DNA of 64,000 bases from an uncultured Puniceicoccaceae bacterium (lineage in GTDB: Bacteria > Verrucomicrobiota > Verrucomicrobiia > Opitutales > Oceanipulchritudinaceae), in the NCBI GenBank assembly GCA_963933835.1, contig CAWVVV010000002.1, positions 32,001 through 96,000 of the forward strand, read 5' to 3'. Below, one piece after another: positions 59,297 to 64,000 of the stretch. The position numbers and the translations under genes were made by a program. The notes beneath the pieces are model-generated. The model made no database searches. It was not told the origin of the DNA and saw only the letters and a list, made by a program, of their open reading frames with translations. The first letter of the stretch is position 1; every line of letters begins with the position of its first letter.

Positions 59297-59357
59297 ACTC
59301 AAGGGGTTTGAGGGGGTGACATGGCTCTAAGCTACTCTAACGATGAAGGGAGTAAAA

Positions 59358-60269
59358 CTAGATCGTAGGGGTTTGTAAATACCCCATAACATCACCCATC
59401 TTGCCGTAGAGTTCAATCCCGTCCGCCGAAGCTGCCTTCAGGTCTTCCGAAAACTCCACCGCTTTGTGCGGAAATACTGTCACTACACATGAGCCGCCAA
59501 AAGCGAAATAGCCTTTCTCGTCTCCAATCTTCGCTGCGACACCTTCAGCTGCGGTTTGATTGATACTGCCGACATTCGTCGCGCCAATCTCGATCATCGC
59601 CCATGTGCCCAGCCTCGGATCTTCCATCACCGTAACAGTGCGCTTATTCGATAGAAGGTAGCGGATGTTGTGCTTAAGCGCGATCGGATGCACCGAGTAA
59701 AGGGGTCCTTCCAGCGTAGCCTGCGCCACGATTTTACCCGACCAAGGGAAGTGAAAACGATGATAGTCGATCGGCGCTAGACGCGATATCACGGCATCGC
59801 CCTTGAGTAGGTCTCGCCCGCCCCCAAAGGTGAGCGGGCCCATCAAGGTCGCTAAGGTAAACGGTTCGTTTTTTGCCCAGACCTTGCTCGGCTTTTTGAG
59901 ATCTGGGACGAGGCGGTGGCGGCCATCAGCGGGAAAGGCGATCGTATCCGGGCTGATCGGCAAGGGCCGAACCTCCGGTTTAAGCTGACGGGTGAAGAAG
60001 TCGTTGAAGCTCGTGAACTCGTCCACCGCCTTGCGCGCTTCGCTCATATCGATCCCAAACTCTTTGACGAAGCCCTCGATAAGCTTGGCCGAAGAGGGCT
60101 TCCCCATCTTCCTGCCATACCACCGGCTAAAGAATGCCCGTGACGCCAGTGCCTGCGTCGTCAGCCGTCCGAGCTTTTTCTCATAAGCCCAGCGCAGCCA
60201 TTTCTCGCCATAGATCGGCTCTTGCACACGACGACCCTCATAACGGTCAAACAGCTCCCAACCTAGCAT
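59358..60269 (-). CDS. psd: Phosphatidylserine decarboxylase
   Basis: SFNDFFTR, PADG, RLAPIDYHRFHFP, GATNVGSI, cleavage motif FGGS. Confidence 0.92.
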   Translation of the reverse strand: MLGWELFDRYEGRRVQEPIYGEKWLRWAYEKKLGRLTTQALASRAFFSRWYGRKMGKPSSAKLIEGFVKEFGIDMSEARKAVDEFTSFNDFFTRQLKPEVRPLPISPDTIAFPADGRHRLVPDLKKPSKVWAKNEPFTLATLMGPLTFGGGRDLLKGDAVISRLAPIDYHRFHFPWSGKIVAQATLEGPLYSVHPIALKHNIRYLLSNKRTVTVMEDPRLGTWAMIEIGATNVGSINQTAAEGVAAKIGDEKGYFAFGGSCVVTVFPHKAVEFSEDLKAASADGIELYGKMGDVMGYLQTPTI

Positions 60270-60455
60270 AAGGCACTCAGAACGAAGCGCCCATCCAGCT
60301 TTGTCAAACAGGCTTCTTGAAACCGATAAACTGCCTTAGGACGAGACTGATGGCTGAGCCAAATTGGCCCGCTCCCAAGGTGGTTTTCCCTAGGAGTTGG
60401 ATGCTTTACAGTGCTCTCTCAACAGGCTTTAATCGTGAACATGAAAGCTTGCCTA

Positions 60456-60740
60456 CTACTGACTCTTTTCCTTCTCAGTGTAAGTGCTTACGGCGCTATC
60501 GATATGTTCATCAAAATCGAAGGCGTCGAGTTCATCTGCCATTAGGCCGTGGTCACTGGGTAGACCAACGAGCTCAAAGTTCGAGCGTGTCTCATCCATT
60601 AGCGGGACGAGAGGCGCTACAAGCTCTTCAGCCATTTGGCCGAATTCAATATAGGAACTCGGCAAAGTTTCGTTCGAAGCTGGGGCAAATGCGGGAATGC
60701 AAAGGCCCAAAAAGAGGAGAGGGCTCGTTAATCTAATCAT
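60456..60740 (-). CDS. Small secreted acidic hypothetical protein (possibly truncated)
   Basis: Signal-like N-terminus MIRLTSPLLFLGLCIPAFA; co-oriented with neighbours. Confidence 0.5.
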   Translation of the reverse strand: MIRLTSPLLFLGLCIPAFAPASNETLPSSYIEFGQMAEELVAPLVPLMDETRSNFELVGLPSDHGLMADELDAFDFDEHIDSAVSTYTEKEKSQ

Positions 60741-60814
60741 GGTAGGAGTCCATCTATCTGATCAAGCGATTCGTCCTACCTCAAACTCTAAACGAGAGAG
60801 CGTCGCTAAATGCC

Positions 60815-61477
60815 CTACGCCTTATTCGTCTTTCGGGCAGTTTTTCGGCCTGCATTCAAAGTGCGGCAAAACGCACAGGCGGCCTCCGTCCCATCGCACA
60901 CACGGCGGGCGTAACAGTCTTCACGTCCGTAGTAGATCATCTGAAGATGGAGAGCGTTCCACGACTCACGCGGAAAGAGGCGTTTGAGATCTTTCTCCGT
61001 CTGAGCAACCGATCTTCCGCTGCTCAATCCCCAGCGCTGAGCGAGGCGATGGATGTGCGTATCAACCGGAAAGGAGGGCTCCCTGAAGGCCTGCGCCACG
61101 ACAACTTGGGCTGTTTTGTGCCCCACTCCGGGAAGCTTTTCGAGTTCTTCGAGGTTCGCGGGAACCTCGCCGTCGTGCTCTTCGATGAGGATCTCCGAAA
61201 GCCCCTTAATCGCCTTTGCTTTTTGCGGGCCAAGCCCACAGGGCCGGACGATTTCAAGGATGGCCTCTACCGGATTGCTAGCCATCTCAGCCGGGTTGTT
61301 CGCGAGCGCCCACAGCTTAGGCGTGACAAGATTTACGCGTGCATCAGTGCACTGAGCAGAGAGTAAAACGGCGACGAGGAGCGAATACGTATCGCTGTGA
61401 TCGAGCGGGATGGGCGGATCCGGATAACGGCGGACCAGCTCACTAAGAACATAGTCGACCCGCTCGTTCTTGGTCAT
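60815..61477 (-). CDS. nth: Endonuclease III
   Basis: LLSAQCTDARVN, HhH LPGVGHKTA, PVDTHIHR. Confidence 0.94.
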   Translation of the reverse strand: MTKNERVDYVLSELVRRYPDPPIPLDHSDTYSLLVAVLLSAQCTDARVNLVTPKLWALANNPAEMASNPVEAILEIVRPCGLGPQKAKAIKGLSEILIEEHDGEVPANLEELEKLPGVGHKTAQVVVAQAFREPSFPVDTHIHRLAQRWGLSSGRSVAQTEKDLKRLFPRESWNALHLQMIYYGREDCYARRVCDGTEAACAFCRTLNAGRKTARKTNKA

Positions 61478-61493
61478 CGGGCGCGGAGGCGAG

Positions 61494-62351
61494 CTAGGCG
61501 CTGGCGCGATTCGCCATGAACGCCTTCAAAAAGCCAATGACGCGCTCGCGCAAGTCGTGACGATGAACGATCTGGTCGATAAGTCCTCGACCAAGGAGGA
61601 ACTCTGCGCGTTGGAAACCAGCAGGCAGCTCTTCGTTGGTGCCTTCCTTGATCACGCGGGGACCGGCAAAACAGATAAGGGCCTCTGGCTCTGCGATGTT
61701 GAGGTCGCCAAGCGTCGCGAAGCTAGCAGTGACGCCACCGGTCGTCGGGTGGGTAAGAATCGAAATATAGGGCAGGTTAGCATCGGCGAGGCGCGCCAGT
61801 GCTGCACTCGTCTTGGCCATTTGCATCAGGCTGTAGATTCCCTCCTGCATACGCGCGCCCCCTGAGGCGGAAATGATAATGACGGGGCACCCGAGTTCCA
61901 AACCACGCTCAATCGCGCGGGTAATCTTCTCCCCGACGGCTACACCCATCGATGCGCCACCGAAGCGAAAGTCCATGACGGCGAGTGAAACTTCCAAGCC
62001 CTCCATTTTACCTACTCCGCAGATCACCGCCTCTTTTAGGCCGGTCTTCTTTTTATAGACTTCGAGGCGATCTGCGTAGGCTTTGTGATCCTTAAATTCG
62101 AGGCTATCGACCGCGGAAATTCCCGCATCGAACTCCTCCCACGTGCCTTCATCGATGAGCGACTCGATCCGGTGGGGGGCATCGATCGGGAAGTGGTGAC
62201 CACTCGCCGGAGACACCATCAGATTCTTTTCGAGCTCCTTGGTGTAAACAAGGCCGCCGTTCTTCGGATCCTGAGTGTAGAGATCCTTCGGAATGTCTTT
62301 CTTCCGGCTGGGTGCGATCGTGGAATATTTCGGTTTCGAGAAAAAGGCCAT
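61494..62351 (-). CDS. accD: Acetyl-CoA carboxylase carboxyltransferase beta subunit
   Basis: [43 protein letters not shown]. Confidence 0.96.
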   Translation of the reverse strand: MAFFSKPKYSTIAPSRKKDIPKDLYTQDPKNGGLVYTKELEKNLMVSPASGHHFPIDAPHRIESLIDEGTWEEFDAGISAVDSLEFKDHKAYADRLEVYKKKTGLKEAVICGVGKMEGLEVSLAVMDFRFGGASMGVAVGEKITRAIERGLELGCPVIIISASGGARMQEGIYSLMQMAKTSAALARLADANLPYISILTHPTTGGVTASFATLGDLNIAEPEALICFAGPRVIKEGTNEELPAGFQRAEFLLGRGLIDQIVHRHDLRERVIGFLKAFMANRASA

Positions 62352-62384
62352 GGTTTGTGGGAAAATTGGGTGATTCTAAAAGGA

Positions 62385-62987
62385 CTAGCCGTGAGCAAAT
62401 GCCAGAACTTTGAGAGATTTGGCTCCAGCATTTCGCAGGACGCGACAACATTCGTTCATTGTAGAACCAGTCGTAAAAACATCGTCTACAACAACGTATG
62501 TCAAATCCGCTCTCACCACAGCCTCAGGCGAAAGGGCAAACGCTCCGCGGACGTTTTTCATCCGATCAGCTCTAGGCAAGCGCGTCTGGGTGCCCGTCCT
62601 TCGACGGCGCAAAAGAAGGTTTTCGATCCCTGCAACCGGAAGCGTTTTCGCTAGTGCGCGGGCAAGGACAACACTCTGGTTGAACCCACGTTCCCGCTCG
62701 CGCGTTCGATGCAGTGGCACTGGAACCAAAACTGCGCAGCGACCAGAGGTAAAGACGGGCTCCAACGCCTCGCAGTGTTCGCACGCCTGCCCAGCTCCAA
62801 TACCGGGATACGGGTGCCCGCAGATCTCGCAAACTGGGCCTCGTATCCAATCAATGCGGTCGGCGCAATTCTCGCAGAGAAACTTCCAACGCGCTGCCTC
62901 TGGGACAATTTCACCGCAGTGCTCGCAGTCGCAGGGAAAGACGACATCAAGCGTCCGCCGAAAGCCCTGCCGCAAAGGCTCAATCAT
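62385..62987 (-). CDS. comF: ComF-family protein with apparent internal in-frame deletion
   Basis: Zinc ribbons CxxC, PVPLH...RGFNQS, VDDVFTTGST; segment between the ribbon and PVPLH missing. Confidence 0.85.
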   Translation of the reverse strand: MIEPLRQGFRRTLDVVFPCDCEHCGEIVPEAARWKFLCENCADRIDWIRGPVCEICGHPYPGIGAGQACEHCEALEPVFTSGRCAVLVPVPLHRTRERERGFNQSVVLARALAKTLPVAGIENLLLRRRRTGTQTRLPRADRMKNVRGAFALSPEAVVRADLTYVVVDDVFTTGSTMNECCRVLRNAGAKSLKVLAFAHG

Positions 62988-63720
62988 ACTTCACCCACTC
63001 TAGCGAAAGCCCCCGAGCGGGCGCGGTGACGATTACCCTACTCGGCTTCGCGGACGCGCGGATAGCAGCGACCTCGTCGACCGACAATTTGCCCAAACCG
63101 ACGTCGAGAAGGCAACCAGCAAGGCGACGAACCATCTTGTATAAGTAGCCGCTTCCCTCGGTTCGCAGCGTCAGGCGAGGTCCCTCGCGCGTGACCTCAA
63201 GGACTCTCAGGTCCTTCACCGGGTCACGCGGCTTATCATCTCGGCCATTGGCACCAAAAGCGGTGAAATCGTGCTTACCGATCAGCACCTGCGCGGCCGC
63301 ATTCATCGCTTCGAGGTCGACGCGTCGTTTCCCTAAGGAAAGGCAATAACGGGTTTCAAAGGGCAAGGCGTCACCTTCATAAAAACGATAGATGTAGCAT
63401 TTCCCGATCGTCGAAAAACGCGCATGAAAAGCATCCTCAACGATCTCCGCCTCGTAGACTCGAATCGTCTCTGGGATGCCCGTCTTCAGAGCATTGATTA
63501 GATCGGTCGGGCCGTGGCTCCAGTCACCATCGAAATGAAAGACCTGACCGCGGGCATGCACTCCGCTGTCTGTTCGTCCAGAGCCCTGAATTCTGACTGC
63601 TCGATCGAAGAGAAAGCTCAGCCGTTTTTCGAGAACCTGCTGGACTGTATTCCCGCTTCGCTGCGCCTGCCAGCCATCAAAGCTGGATCCCTCGTAGGCA
63701 ACGGTGCACTTCCAACGCAT
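62980..63720 (-). CDS. truA: tRNA pseudouridine(38-40) synthase
   Basis: YEGSSFDGWQ, GSGRTDSGVHA, FHARF, GKHDFTAF, YKMVR, TAPARGL. Confidence 0.96.
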   Translation of the reverse strand: MRWKCTVAYEGSSFDGWQAQRSGNTVQQVLEKRLSFLFDRAVRIQGSGRTDSGVHARGQVFHFDGDWSHGPTDLINALKTGIPETIRVYEAEIVEDAFHARFSTIGKCYIYRFYEGDALPFETRYCLSLGKRRVDLEAMNAAAQVLIGKHDFTAFGANGRDDKPRDPVKDLRVLEVTREGPRLTLRTEGSGYLYKMVRRLAGCLLDVGLGKLSVDEVAAIRASAKPSRVIVTAPARGLSLEWVKYD

Positions 63721-63737
63721 AAGACCGCGCGGTGAGA

Positions 63738-63902
63738 TCAACCACCGAAGTCGATCTGCAAGTCCCAGTCACGACGCGCGGCTTCAGCCTCGATTGACGG
63801 TTTCAAGACTTCACCGAGCAAGTCGGAACCTACAAGGCGGACATTAGCAGACGTCCAAGTTGAAAAAACGAAGAGGCCGAGGAAAACGCGATTAAATTTC
63901 AT
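63738..63902 (-). pseudogene. 54-aa N-terminal fragment of a periplasmic binding (PstS/PBP-like) protein
   Basis: Manual translation MKFNRVFLGLFVFSTWTSANVRLVGSDLLGEVLKPSIEAEAARRDWDLQIDFGG*: signal peptide plus first beta-alpha-beta of a PBP fold. Confidence 0.55.
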
Positions 63903-64000
63903 GGGGCACTGATTCTAAAGAATGTAAGGACAAGCCTTGGCGATAGAATCAGCCCTGAGCAAGAAAAACTCCCAATGCATCAAAGACCTCAACCCATCCG

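Noticed and set aside
60270..60455. Possible decayed continuation of the 60456-60740 gene
   Set aside because: Multiple stops in the frames read and no recognisable motif; cannot be supported.

Overview
Gene-dense bacterial chromosome segment of about 60 genes, mostly housekeeping. The gene set (archaeal/eukaryote-type ProRS, PEP-CTERM protein, MECR-like reductase) suggests Verrucomicrobiota, probably Opitutales; this is inference. Core content: proS (partial), nspC plus carboxynorspermidine dehydrogenase, cdd, tRNA-Phe, birA, nadC, proA, nadB, panE, prlC, purEK, purH, thiGHS, yicC, maf, tolC, oppABCDF, tatA, mgtE, rpe, hmuUV, tRNA-CAT (Ile2-like), ruvX, manC, psd, nth, accD, comF, truA. I saw no transposase, integrase, rRNA or CRISPR array. 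Main observations: (1) A four-helix-bundle (IVS-protein-like) gene sits inside the polyamine operon between mutually inverted hexamer tandem arrays, and two gene-less repeat cassettes of related design lie elsewhere (14159-14345, 29033-29123); together these may be an uncharacterised repeat-flanked mobile or RNA-processing system. (2) A full-length agmatine deiminase homologue has lost its catalytic residues. (3) OppA and OppC both carry large extracytoplasmic insertions. (4) A GH128 glucanase ends in an aromatic C-terminal module that may be a sorting domain. (5) Several deletion scars in the last 17 kb suggest genome erosion or misassembly. (6) TAG is the dominant stop codon. All calls come from reading motifs by eye; no searches were run.
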